A DNA stretch of 64,000 nucleotides from Verrucomicrobiia bacterium (GTDB lineage Bacteria > Verrucomicrobiota > Verrucomicrobiia > Limisphaerales > Palsa-1400): positions 25,683-89,682 of the forward strand of contig DASXZW010000046.1 of the NCBI GenBank assembly GCA_036501665.1, given 5' to 3'. This document shows positions 1-9,051 of the stretch, piece by piece. The position numbers were made by a program, and so were the translations under genes. Numbering within the stretch: the first letter of the stretch is position 1; the number at the start of each line of letters is the position of its first letter. Under the pieces are notes generated by a model. That model made no database searches. It saw nothing but the letters and a program-made list of their open reading frames with translations, and was not told the origin of the DNA.

Positions 1-399
1 GAAAATCTTACGGGAACGGGCGAGTATCATTGGATGGCGGGCAATTTTATAAAGTATGGCGGGCCGCTCAACGCCGGGGATTTGCCTGTGGACTCGCACG
101 AAATGATTGCGATGTGCGCTCCTCGGCCAACCTTTATTAGTTATGGCGCTTCGTCAGGCAAGGGCGCGGAGGGAACGTGGGTCGATCAAAAGGGAAGCTT
201 TATGGCCACAGTCGCAGCCGGTCCTGTTTTCCGGTTGCTGGGAAAGAAAGACCTCGGCACCGACACTATGCCGGACGTCAACGTTGGCTTGATGGATGGC
301 GAGCTTGCATGGCGTCAACACAGCGGCGGACACACGACCGCGCCGAACTGGCCGACATTTATTCAATGGGCCAATCGCTACATTCATATCACTCTATGA
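1..399 (+). CDS. glucuronoyl esterase (CE15)-like alpha/beta-hydrolase, C-terminal fragment (5' end outside window)
   Basis: Frame +1 is open from nt 1 to TGA 397-399. LPVDSHEMIAMCAPRPTFI, GPVFRLLGKKDLG and WRQHSGGHT..NWPTFIQWANRY resemble CE15 C-termini as I recall them. No search run. Confidence 0.6.
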   Translation, partial: ENLTGTGEYHWMAGNFIKYGGPLNAGDLPVDSHEMIAMCAPRPTFISYGASSGKGAEGTWVDQKGSFMATVAAGPVFRLLGKKDLGTDTMPDVNVGLMDGELAWRQHSGGHTTAPNWPTFIQWANRYIHITL

Positions 400-809
400 G
401 CAACGAACATCAACATCAGGAGGGCCCTTCGACTTTTTTCGCGGCGCATTTGACAGTGCGAAATGTTTTGGCGGAAATGGAATATTGCAAGGCTGCTTTT
501 GGCGCGGTCGAGTTGCGGCGTTTCAGCAATTCGGACGGCAGCGTGCATGTTGGGGAAATGGCGATCGACAGGGCGCTGTTTCATTTGCACGAGGAAATGC
601 CCGGATCGGCTGAGCGCAGTCCTGAAACTTTAAAGGGCGTAACTTCTTTGGTGAGTCTGTTTGTGAAAGACCCGACGGCAGTTATGAAAAGGGCCATTGC
701 GGCGGGCGGACAGGAAATTCATCCGGTCAAGGACTACGATTACGGTTATCGGCAAGGGACGATGGCCGACCCTGCCGGGCATCGGTGGCTTATTCAGAAA
801 CGAATATAG
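396..809 (+). CDS. VOC / glyoxalase-bleomycin-resistance superfamily protein (PhnB-like)
   Basis: ATG 396 overlaps the upstream stop (ATGA); 137 aa. FAAHLTV..GEMAIDRALFHLHEE..VKDYDYGYRQGTMADPAGHRWLI is typical of the VOC fold. The longer 177 start overlaps the esterase and is rejected. Confidence 0.7.
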   Translation: MSNEHQHQEGPSTFFAAHLTVRNVLAEMEYCKAAFGAVELRRFSNSDGSVHVGEMAIDRALFHLHEEMPGSAERSPETLKGVTSLVSLFVKDPTAVMKRAIAAGGQEIHPVKDYDYGYRQGTMADPAGHRWLIQKRI

Positions 810-904
810 TGTCCAAGTCAAGAAACCCGCAGCGATACCGATATTAGATGTGACATTGCGGGCTTGCGTTTAAGCAAGACTTGTAGCTTTATTAAGGACA
901 GAAC

Positions 905-1228
905 ATGCGGCGTATGAGTAAATCTCTGCGTTTTGGACCGACTGCAAAAGCGGTCGTGGCCGCGTTTGCTCTCGCGCTGGTCCTCCTGCTGGAGTTGTGC
1001 GCATCGGATCCTTCGCTCCATTCACGACTTCATACAGACGGCAATCATTCCAGCGGTTTTTGCGTTGTGTGCGCTCTTGCAAGCGGACAATTGGGCTGGG
1101 CCGGGACAATTCCAGTCGCCGCAATCGCCTGCGTTGTTATACTTTACGTTGTTGCCCTCAAGGAAATTAGCCTCGTTTCCGCGCCCGACCTTTTCTCCCT
1201 TCCTACTCGCGGTCCGCCGCTGGCTTAA
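905..1228 (+). CDS. hypothetical small membrane protein, His/Cys-rich loop, heads the efflux operon
   Basis: 107-aa ORF with an N-terminal hydrophobic helix (VVAAFALALVLLLELC), a loop HSRLHTDGNHSSGFCVVC and a second hydrophobic stretch. Same strand as, and 100 nt upstream of, the NodT gene. No family recognised. Confidence 0.4.
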   Translation: MRRMSKSLRFGPTAKAVVAAFALALVLLLELCASDPSLHSRLHTDGNHSSGFCVVCALASGQLGWAGTIPVAAIACVVILYVVALKEISLVSAPDLFSLPTRGPPLA

Positions 1229-1327
1229 TCCACTTCTGCTGTTGGTTTCCGTATTAGTGCCTTGCCCATTGGGCGGGGAATCATTTGGACCGCTTTCCAT
1301 TTGTAGCGAAGAAATGAACTTAATTGT

Positions 1328-2815
1328 ATGAGATTGAAATTTAAATTCCGTCACATGGCCGCGTCACTGGCCGTAATATTATTAGTGACAATCGTGGGCT
1401 GCGCCGTTGGGCCGAATTACAAGCGTCCCGCCGCGCCGACCGCCACCAACTATGTTGCCGAGCCGCTTAAAAACGTCACCGGCGCAACCAACATCGCGGG
1501 CGGCGAAGACCAGAGATTTGTGCAAAGTCTGGATATCGCCGGGAAATGGTGGGAAGTGTTTCATTCCGAAGCGCTCGACCAGCTACTGGTCCGGGCCATC
1601 ACGAATAATCCCGATCTTAAGGCGGCCCAAGCGGCTCTTCTCGTGGCCCGCGAAAATCTAAAGGCGCAACGCGGGATTTATTATCCGAACATCAGCGGTT
1701 CATTTGCGGGGAGCCGCCAGCGTCAATCCGGCTTTATTTCGCCGACACCCAACGCGGACATATTTGAATACAATTTGTTCACGCCGCAGGTCAGCGTTTC
1801 CTACGTGCCGGATGTCTTCGGGTTGAATCGCCGCACTGTCGAAGTTTCCAAGGCGCAACAGGAAAACGCCCGATTCCAAATGGTGGCAACGTATCTCACG
1901 CTGAGCGCGAATGTCGTCGTCGCCGCGATTCAGGAGGCGTCATTGCGCGCGCAAATCGAGACGACGCGGGAGTTGGTCGGCATCGGCTCCAACATGATGG
2001 AGATCGTGAAATTCCAATACACGAACGGTTACGCGAGCGGGCTTGACCTTGCCGCGCAACAATCGCAACTGGCGCAAATCGCCGCCTCGCTTCCGCCGCT
2101 GATGAAACAACTGGCGCAGCAGCGCGACCTTCTGGCGGTTTTGGCCGGTGATTTTCCGAGCGACCAGAAAGGGCGGGATTTTGATTTGTCGAAATTGAAG
2201 TTGCCGCGGGATTTGCCGGTGACGCTGCCTGCAACTCTCGTCGGGCAACGCCCCGATATTCTGCAAGCCGAACAGAACCTTCACGCGGCGAGCGCGCAGA
2301 TCGGCATTTCCATTGCCAATCGCCTCCCGAACATCACGCTCAGCGCCAACGCGGGGAACACGGCCCTTAGTCTTGACAAATTGTTCAACTCCGGTTCCGG
2401 CTTTTGGGCCGTGGGGGGCACACTTGTGCAGCCGATTTTCCAGGGCGGGACGCTCCTTCATCAGGAACGCGCGGCAAAGGCCGCATACATCCAGGCGGCG
2501 CAGCAATATCGGAGCACGGTTCTCACCGCCTGCCAAAATGTTGCTGACACGCTGAACGCCCTTGAGCAGGACGGAGATGCCGTCGCGTCCGCCGCCGCTG
2601 CTGATACAGCGGCCAGATCGACCTTGGACATTTCCCGCCAGCAATTGAAGGTCGGCTACGGCGGTTACCTGGCGCTGTTGAACGCGGAACAAACGTATCA
2701 GCAGGCGCAATTGAATCTGGTCCAGGCCCAGGCGAATCGCTTCTCCGACACCGCGGCTTTGTTCCAGGCATTGGGCGGCGGTTGGTGGAATGTGGCAGAA
2801 CTCAAAGAGAACTGA
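1328..2815 (+). CDS. RND efflux outer-membrane lipoprotein, NodT family
   Basis: 495 aa. Lipobox LVTIVGC followed by AVGPNYKRP, the hallmark start of NodT/OprM-type outer membrane factors. Two OEP repeats. First gene of an OMF-MFP-RND operon. Confidence 0.9.
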   Translation: MRLKFKFRHMAASLAVILLVTIVGCAVGPNYKRPAAPTATNYVAEPLKNVTGATNIAGGEDQRFVQSLDIAGKWWEVFHSEALDQLLVRAITNNPDLKAAQAALLVARENLKAQRGIYYPNISGSFAGSRQRQSGFISPTPNADIFEYNLFTPQVSVSYVPDVFGLNRRTVEVSKAQQENARFQMVATYLTLSANVVVAAIQEASLRAQIETTRELVGIGSNMMEIVKFQYTNGYASGLDLAAQQSQLAQIAASLPPLMKQLAQQRDLLAVLAGDFPSDQKGRDFDLSKLKLPRDLPVTLPATLVGQRPDILQAEQNLHAASAQIGISIANRLPNITLSANAGNTALSLDKLFNSGSGFWAVGGTLVQPIFQGGTLLHQERAAKAAYIQAAQQYRSTVLTACQNVADTLNALEQDGDAVASAAAADTAARSTLDISRQQLKVGYGGYLALLNAEQTYQQAQLNLVQAQANRFSDTAALFQALGGGWWNVAELKEN

Positions 2816-2817
2816 TC

Positions 2818-4005
2818 ATGGACACATATTGTTTGGATCAATCGACGCCGAGGTTGTGGAAGATTCTCGCCAGAGGCGTCCTTATGTTTGGTGTTGGCGT
2901 CTCTGGATTTCTAATTGACGGCTGCTCGCCCCGCGTTGAGAGCGCGACGCCGACTCCATCCATCGTTGCGAGCAATGCGACGCTGACCGCTGACCAAAGA
3001 CAAAACATTCACCTCGCCACAGTCGAGGCCACCGAATTTCACAAGACCATTGACACGACGGGCACGGTCGATTTTGACAACGATCAAGCCACGATAATCC
3101 TCGCGCCGATGTCGGGACCGGTCACGAAATTATTGGTTTCTGTTGGAGATAAAGTAACCGCGGGGCAGCCGTTGGCCGAAGTGGATTCGCCGGATTTTGC
3201 GGCGGCGATCAGCGCGTATCGCAAGGCGCTCTCAACCGCAAAAATTACCAAGCAACTTGCGGATCAGGACGCGCAATTGTTCGAGCATCACGGCGTCAGT
3301 CTGCGCGAAAGCGAACAGGCGAAAATCGACGCCGCCAACGCGCAGGCCGACAGCGAAGCCGCCTTGCAACAGTTGATTTCGCTCAAAGTGCCCGCCGACG
3401 CGCTCGCGGCGATCAAGGGGGGCAAGGCAATCCCGTCAATCAAAGGAATCATTCGCTCCCCGATTGACGGAACGGTTGTGGACCGCGCCGCAACGCCTGG
3501 AGAACTTCTGCAAGCCGGGACGACGCAGGTTTTCACCATCGCCGACCTTTCCCGCGTCTGGGTCATGGCGCATTTGTTTGGCTCGGAACTCGCGGCGGTC
3601 AGCGCAGGCGATCCGGCGGAAGTATTGACAGATGCCGACTCAAAGAGTTTTACCGGAACTGTGCAAAACATTTCGGCGGTAGTTGATCCCGATACGCGCG
3701 CGGTCGCCGTTCGCGTGGTCGCGGAAAATCCCGGTGGCGCATTGAAGCAGCAACAGTACGTTCGCGTGCTGATTCATTCCGCGGCGGGAACTTCTGGATT
3801 GATGGCGCCGGTTTCGGCGGTCCTCCGAAATGACGAAAATCTGCCGTTTGTTTATGTTGCCCAGAAGGACGAAAGTTTCGCGCGGCAACGCATCACCTTG
3901 GGCTATCGCGAAAAGGACCGATACGACATTACATCCGGGCTGAAGGCCGGCGACCGCATTGTTGTTGAGGGCGGGCTGTTCGTTCAATTCATGCAGAATC
4001 AATGA
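2818..4005 (+). CDS. efflux RND transporter periplasmic adaptor (MFP/HlyD family)
   Basis: ATG 2818 lies 2 nt after the NodT stop. Biotinyl-lipoyl-like motif (VSVGDKVTAGQPLAEVDSPDF), coiled-coil and beta-barrel segments. Stop overlaps the RND pump start (ATGA at 4002). Confidence 0.9.
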   Translation: MDTYCLDQSTPRLWKILARGVLMFGVGVSGFLIDGCSPRVESATPTPSIVASNATLTADQRQNIHLATVEATEFHKTIDTTGTVDFDNDQATIILAPMSGPVTKLLVSVGDKVTAGQPLAEVDSPDFAAAISAYRKALSTAKITKQLADQDAQLFEHHGVSLRESEQAKIDAANAQADSEAALQQLISLKVPADALAAIKGGKAIPSIKGIIRSPIDGTVVDRAATPGELLQAGTTQVFTIADLSRVWVMAHLFGSELAAVSAGDPAEVLTDADSKSFTGTVQNISAVVDPDTRAVAVRVVAENPGGALKQQQYVRVLIHSAAGTSGLMAPVSAVLRNDENLPFVYVAQKDESFARQRITLGYREKDRYDITSGLKAGDRIVVEGGLFVQFMQNQ

Positions 4006-7000
4006 ACGACAACCTTCCTCCGCCAGATGCCGCGCCTCGGACGGCGACAGCGATCCACCGGATCGTGACTTCGTCGTTGCGCCAGCGGTTTCTTGTCATC
4101 CTGATGACGCTGGTGGTGACGGGCGCGGGAGTATGGTCGCTGGATCGGCTTTCGGTGGATGCCTATCCCGATCTCTCTCCGCCAATGGTCGAGATCGTGA
4201 CGCAGTGGCCCGGACATGCGGCTGAGGAAGTGGAACGGTTGATCACGGTTCCCGTCGAGGTGGAAATGAACGGCATTCCTGGCGCGACAATCCTTCGTTC
4301 GATTTCTCTCTACGGGCTTTCTGACGTAATCATCACATTTCAAAACGGCACGGACAATTATTTCGCGCGCGAGCAGGTTTTCAATCGGATTCCCGATCTT
4401 ACATTTCCAACGGGAGTGACGCCCTCGGTTTCGCCGCTTTTTTCGCCATCGGGTTTGATCTACCGATACGTGCTGCAAAGCCCCGACCGAACGCCGATGG
4501 AGCTGAAAACCATCGAAGACTGGATCGTTGAGCGTCAATACAAATCTGTTCCAGGCGTGGCGGACGATTCCGGTTTGGGCGGCGAGACCATGCAATACCA
4601 GGTGCTTCTCGATCCCGTGAAATTGGCGGCGGTCGGATTGTCGGTGCCGTCGGTCGAAACGTCGCTTGGCGCAAACAACGGAAATGCCGGCGGCGGATTT
4701 TATTCGCAAGGCGGGCAATTCTACTACGTGCGGGGCCTGGGACGATTGCGCACGCCGGAGGAAATCGGCGAAGTCGTGGTGACGGTTCACGATGGCACGC
4801 CTGTCCTTGTGAAGGACGTGGGTCGTGTCGTGATCGGTTACGCGCCGCGCCTTGGCCAATTTGGATACATGGACCAGGACGACGCGGTGGAGGGCGTCGT
4901 GTTGATGCGCACCGGCGAGCAGACGCAGAAAGTCCTGAAACGCGTCGAAGCCAAAACGAAGGAATTGAACGAAAGAATACTTCCGAAGGATGTGAAGGTT
5001 CTACCGTTCTACGATCGTATTGACTTGATCTCGCTGACGACTGGGATTGTCGAGCAAAACCTGTTGCGCGGAATGGCGCTCGTCATCGTGGTGCTGATAT
5101 TCTTTTTATATGACATACGAAGCGGGTTGATTGTCGCGGTGGCGATTCCGCTGGCGTTGCTGGTCGCGTTCATTTGTTTAAACCTCCAGGGCGTCTCGGC
5201 GAACCTTCTCTCCATCGGCGCGGTGGATTTCGGCATACTCGTCGATGGCGCGGTGGTGATGGTGGAAAATATTTATCGGCAGGTCGCGTTGCGCCACGGA
5301 AAACCGATGCGAATTCAGGAAGTGATCGTGGCCGCGGCGGCGGAGGTGGATCGTCCGATTTTTTATGCGGTTGCGGTGATCGCTGCGGGTTTTATTCCGA
5401 TTTATGCGCTCTCGGGTCCCTCCGGACGGCTGTTCAAGCCGATGGCGGACACGATGATTTTTGCGCTTATTGGTTCGCTTGTCATTACGTTGACGTTGCT
5501 GCCTGTTCTCTGCGCGTGGGCGATGCGAAAAGGGGTGCGCGAACGGCGAAATTTCGCGTTTGAGGCGATCCGGTCCATTTACACTGTGGGACTTGATTTT
5601 TGCCTGGCGCATCCGTGGTTGACCACGATTGTCTCCGGGGTTTTGGTCGGCGGTTCGTTGCTGTTGATTCCGGGAATTGGCGCGGAATTCATGCCGCACC
5701 TGGACGAAGGCGCGCTCTGGGTTCGGGCCACGATGCCTTACACGATTTCGTTTGACGAGTCGCGCAGGCTGGTTCCGAAGATGCGAGAAATCCTTCGCTC
5801 GTTTCCGCAAGTGACGACCGTCGCGGACGAGCACGGTCGTCCCGATGACGGAACGGACCCGACCGGTTTTTTCAACGTGGAATTTTACGTCGGCCTTAAG
5901 CCATATTCGGAATGGACCGGCGCTTATCATACGAAGGCGGAACTGACGCAGGCCATCAACAAGAAATTGAGCGTTTTCCCGGGAATTATTTTCAATTACA
6001 CGCAGCCGGCGGAGGATGCGGTTGATGAAGCAGAAACGGGCTTGAAAAGTTCGCTGGCGGTAAAAGTTTTTGGAACTGATCTTGACACGCTGGAACAGAA
6101 AGGCCGTGCGATCAAGAAAGTGCTGGAGCAAGTGCGAGGCATCACAGACGTCACGCTCGTCCAGGAACTTGGGCAACCGAGCCTGACCATCGACATTAAC
6201 CGCGAGAAGATCGCCCGGTATGGATTGAACGTGTCCGATGTCAATTCGCTGATTCAAGCCGCGGTTGGCGGCGATGTCGCAACGCAAGTGGTTCAGGGCG
6301 AAAAGCAATTTGACCTGGTTGTGCGCCTGGAACAGCAATATCGCGATGACCCGGAGGAAATCCGCAATATTCTAGTATCGACACCGAATGGCCAACAAGT
6401 CCCGTTGCGCGAATTGGCCGACATCCAGGTGGCCAACGGCGCGTCCTTCATTTACCGCGAGGACAACTCGCGTTACATCGGCGTCCAATATTCCGTCGAA
6501 GGCCGCGACCTGGCCAGCGCCGTTCAGGAGGCGATGGGGCAGGTTGATTCCAAGGTGAAGCTGCCGCCCGGTTATCACGCCGATTGGGGCGGTGAATATA
6601 CGGAATACACCGAGTCGCGGCATGAACTGAACGTCATTCTGCCATTAACACTGTTCCTGATTTTCCTGATCCTCTTCGCGCTTTACAGCAATCTGAAGTT
6701 CCCCTTTATCACGGTTTTCGGAGTTCTGCTTTCCGCGCCGGCAGGGGGAATCCTCGCGCTATGGTTGACAAAGACGCCGTTCTCCGTTTCGTCGGGGATT
6801 GGTTTCCTCGCGCTTTTCGGCGTGTCGGTGCAAACTGCTGTCGTTTATATTTCCTGCGTGAACGAATTGAGGCGGAACGGCACGAGCATTGCACAGGCGG
6901 CGCGGGAGGGCGCGATCCTGCGTTTGCGCCCGATCATGATGACGGCGCTGGTGGCCGCATTGGGATTGCTCCCGGCGGCGTTGGCCACAGGCGTCGGCAC

Positions 7001-7127
7001 GGATTCACAGCGCCCTTTCGCATTGGTGATTGTTAGCGGATTATTTTCCCGGTTGCTGATCAGTGTTTTCCTCATGCCAGCGTTGTATTTGCTGGTCGCG
7101 CGTTCCGGGGATCGTCTGGAAGTTTAG
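4002..7127 (+). CDS. CusA/CzcA-family heavy-metal efflux RND permease
   Basis: 1041 aa, 12-TM ACR_tran architecture with HME-type N-terminus (IVTSSLRQRFLVILMTLVV..YPDLSPPMVEIVTQWPGHAAEEVERLIT). Confidence 0.95.
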   Translation: MNDNLPPPDAAPRTATAIHRIVTSSLRQRFLVILMTLVVTGAGVWSLDRLSVDAYPDLSPPMVEIVTQWPGHAAEEVERLITVPVEVEMNGIPGATILRSISLYGLSDVIITFQNGTDNYFAREQVFNRIPDLTFPTGVTPSVSPLFSPSGLIYRYVLQSPDRTPMELKTIEDWIVERQYKSVPGVADDSGLGGETMQYQVLLDPVKLAAVGLSVPSVETSLGANNGNAGGGFYSQGGQFYYVRGLGRLRTPEEIGEVVVTVHDGTPVLVKDVGRVVIGYAPRLGQFGYMDQDDAVEGVVLMRTGEQTQKVLKRVEAKTKELNERILPKDVKVLPFYDRIDLISLTTGIVEQNLLRGMALVIVVLIFFLYDIRSGLIVAVAIPLALLVAFICLNLQGVSANLLSIGAVDFGILVDGAVVMVENIYRQVALRHGKPMRIQEVIVAAAAEVDRPIFYAVAVIAAGFIPIYALSGPSGRLFKPMADTMIFALIGSLVITLTLLPVLCAWAMRKGVRERRNFAFEAIRSIYTVGLDFCLAHPWLTTIVSGVLVGGSLLLIPGIGAEFMPHLDEGALWVRATMPYTISFDESRRLVPKMREILRSFPQVTTVADEHGRPDDGTDPTGFFNVEFYVGLKPYSEWTGAYHTKAELTQAINKKLSVFPGIIFNYTQPAEDAVDEAETGLKSSLAVKVFGTDLDTLEQKGRAIKKVLEQVRGITDVTLVQELGQPSLTIDINREKIARYGLNVSDVNSLIQAAVGGDVATQVVQGEKQFDLVVRLEQQYRDDPEEIRNILVSTPNGQQVPLRELADIQVANGASFIYREDNSRYIGVQYSVEGRDLASAVQEAMGQVDSKVKLPPGYHADWGGEYTEYTESRHELNVILPLTLFLIFLILFALYSNLKFPFITVFGVLLSAPAGGILALWLTKTPFSVSSGIGFLALFGVSVQTAVVYISCVNELRRNGTSIAQAAREGAILRLRPIMMTALVAALGLLPAALATGVGTDSQRPFALVIVSGLFSRLLISVFLMPALYLLVARSGDRLEV

Positions 7128-7150
7128 CCGTATCCATTCCGGTGATTGAC

Positions 7151-7297
7151 GGTAGCGCGGTCGTCTCGACCGCCTCCAGTCGGCGTCCCGCCGACTGGCT
7201 CCGGTCTTGAATCTATTCACCTTTCGGTGAGTCGGCGAAAACTTTCAAATACCTTCGGCGAGACGCCGAAGGCGGCGGTCGAGACGCCCGCGATCCC
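7151..7297. repeat. composite palindromic intergenic repeat, copy 1 (right arm degenerate)
   Basis: Left arm GGTAGCGCGGTCGTCTCGACCGCC, hairpins CCAGTCGGCG-TCC-CGCCGACTGG and CTTCGGCG-AGA-CGCCGAAG, right arm GGCGGTCGAGACGCCCGCGATCCC. Same module order as the copy at 13370-13517. Confidence 0.85.
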
Positions 7298-7407
7298 CTG
7301 AAGCCAACTGCATCGTTATGGTTTAGAGCGGCATCCTTTTTTTATTTCGACAGGCAAACGTTGCTTTCGGCAAGTTGCATCGAATGGGCGTTGTGCGAAT
7401 ATTCGGC

Positions 7408-8994
7408 ATGCGGGAATTTCTGGTGTTCGCTTTCTGCGTGGTGGGGTTTGGCGCGTATGCGGCGCCCATAAATCTCGATCAACAATTCAAACTTCGGACG
7501 GAGACAGAGACCATCGCATTTGTTCCGGGCAATCAGGATGACTTGCATCGCCTTGCGAGCCGTGTTGATCGAATGATCGAGGAACCGGACGACGAATCGA
7601 AGCACGAACGGCGCGGATTGGAGGAAATTGCTCGTCTGGCAAAAGCTGCGACGAAGATCGAAAACGCCGATGAGCGCCGCCAACTCGAAATCGACCTCGT
7701 GGAAACGGTTTGCGCTGTCAATAATCTGGAGCGGCCCGTGATTCCCCGCCATTTCGACGCGGTGATGCTTCCCATTTTTTTGCGCCAGCTTCACCGCCCG
7801 ATCGGCGTGGGCGTTGAACCGGCGGAAAATCTCGCGCCCGGCCCTTCCGCGGACCTAAGCCGGCGCGACCCGATGCCTTCAAGTTTTTGGTCGCGTCCGA
7901 AATCCATCGCAACGGAGGATTTGTATGCCGGATTTGATCGGGTGGGCATCCCTTCTTTTGCCGACAAAGTTTGCCGCTATCGTGAAGCCAAGGAAACTTC
8001 CGGCATGAATCCCGGATATGAAGTCGAATGCGGTAATGATGTCGTCAAGTGGAAATTTGGGGAGCAGTCTTCCGAGCCGCTGGTTACGCGGATGTTTTGG
8101 GCTTTGGGATTTAACGCTGATCCGACCGATTACGCGGCAAGCGTCAAAGTCGCGTATGATCGCAGGATTTTTACCGAGTTCAACTCGCGCCGCCCTGTCC
8201 GCATGACCTTCACCGTGCTTTGGTTCATTCCGGTGTATTCCATGAATTTGCAGGCGTTCAAGGATCCGTTCGACTTCGTGACGACGGCGGTTCTGCGCGA
8301 CGGGCGGCAGTGGAGCGGACATGAATTGAAGCAACATTTGATGTCGGGCACGAATTTTCAACCCGGCGTCGAGGCGCAGATCGATTATCTTGTGACCACC
8401 CCGGCCAATGTGCAGATCAAAGATCCGCGTGTGAAAAGCATCGGTCCGTGGGATTACGGGCAACTTGATCATGCCGGTCGCCGGGAAGTGCGCGGGGCGG
8501 GGTTGTTGGCGGCGTGGCTGGGGTTTTACGACACACGGTTTGACAACACCAAGCTGCGGCGGGTTGGTCCGAAAAAAAATCCACACCTGGAACACTATTT
8601 CTCGGACCTCGGCGGCGGATTGGGGCGGACGACGGGCTTGCTCGCATGGCATGGCGAAAATGTGAATGCCTTCCCATGGAGATTTACCGCGCCTTCAGTC
8701 AGCGAAAACAGCGGAAGCCCAAGACAGGCTTTGAAAATCGTCGGTTATACTCCAATTGTCCGCAATCCGGCATTCGCGGCGATGACCATTGACGATGCCC
8801 GTTGGATGGCGCGGCTGATCGGGCAATTAAGCGCCGAACAAATCAGGCAGGCGCTTGCGGCTTCGGGCTACGGTCCCAAGCAGATTCAGCTCTACGCGAG
8901 CAAGCTTCTTAGTCGTCGTAACACTATGATGTTGGATTTGGGGCTGAGCGAGGAGTTCCCGCCATTGGCTTTAAACGACACGGTCGCGAACTGA
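7408..8994 (+). CDS. secreted hypothetical protein with protein-kinase-like motifs
   Basis: ATG 7408 gives signal peptide MREFLVFAFCVVGFGAYA. Motifs VVKWKFG, SEPLVTRMFWALGF, FYDTRFDNTKL and FSDLGGGLG are spaced like kinase beta3-Lys / alphaC-Glu / catalytic loop / DFG. Function is inferred only. Confidence 0.6.
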   Translation: MREFLVFAFCVVGFGAYAAPINLDQQFKLRTETETIAFVPGNQDDLHRLASRVDRMIEEPDDESKHERRGLEEIARLAKAATKIENADERRQLEIDLVETVCAVNNLERPVIPRHFDAVMLPIFLRQLHRPIGVGVEPAENLAPGPSADLSRRDPMPSSFWSRPKSIATEDLYAGFDRVGIPSFADKVCRYREAKETSGMNPGYEVECGNDVVKWKFGEQSSEPLVTRMFWALGFNADPTDYAASVKVAYDRRIFTEFNSRRPVRMTFTVLWFIPVYSMNLQAFKDPFDFVTTAVLRDGRQWSGHELKQHLMSGTNFQPGVEAQIDYLVTTPANVQIKDPRVKSIGPWDYGQLDHAGRREVRGAGLLAAWLGFYDTRFDNTKLRRVGPKKNPHLEHYFSDLGGGLGRTTGLLAWHGENVNAFPWRFTAPSVSENSGSPRQALKIVGYTPIVRNPAFAAMTIDDARWMARLIGQLSAEQIRQALAASGYGPKQIQLYASKLLSRRNTMMLDLGLSEEFPPLALNDTVAN

Positions 8995-9051
8995 ATTTTC
9001 CAATTGTCTTTAATAAAAACTAGAAGCAGCGGAAACCATTAGGCACGGGGT

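Noticed and set aside
5178-6338. 386-aa antisense ORF inside the RND pump gene. Similar cases: 1940-2710, 3999-4859, 11657-12475, 31263-31940, 41921-42241, 50409-51326, 53346-54302, 58233-59012, 60541-61266 and 61427-62197.
   Set aside because: All lie opposite strongly supported genes, have Arg-rich low-complexity translations and show no recognisable domains. They are treated as shadow ORFs.
7151-7297. Whether the recurring GC-rich palindromes represent a CRISPR array
   Set aside because: Only three dispersed copies exist, tens of kb apart. There are no regularly spaced repeat-spacer units and no cas genes in the window.
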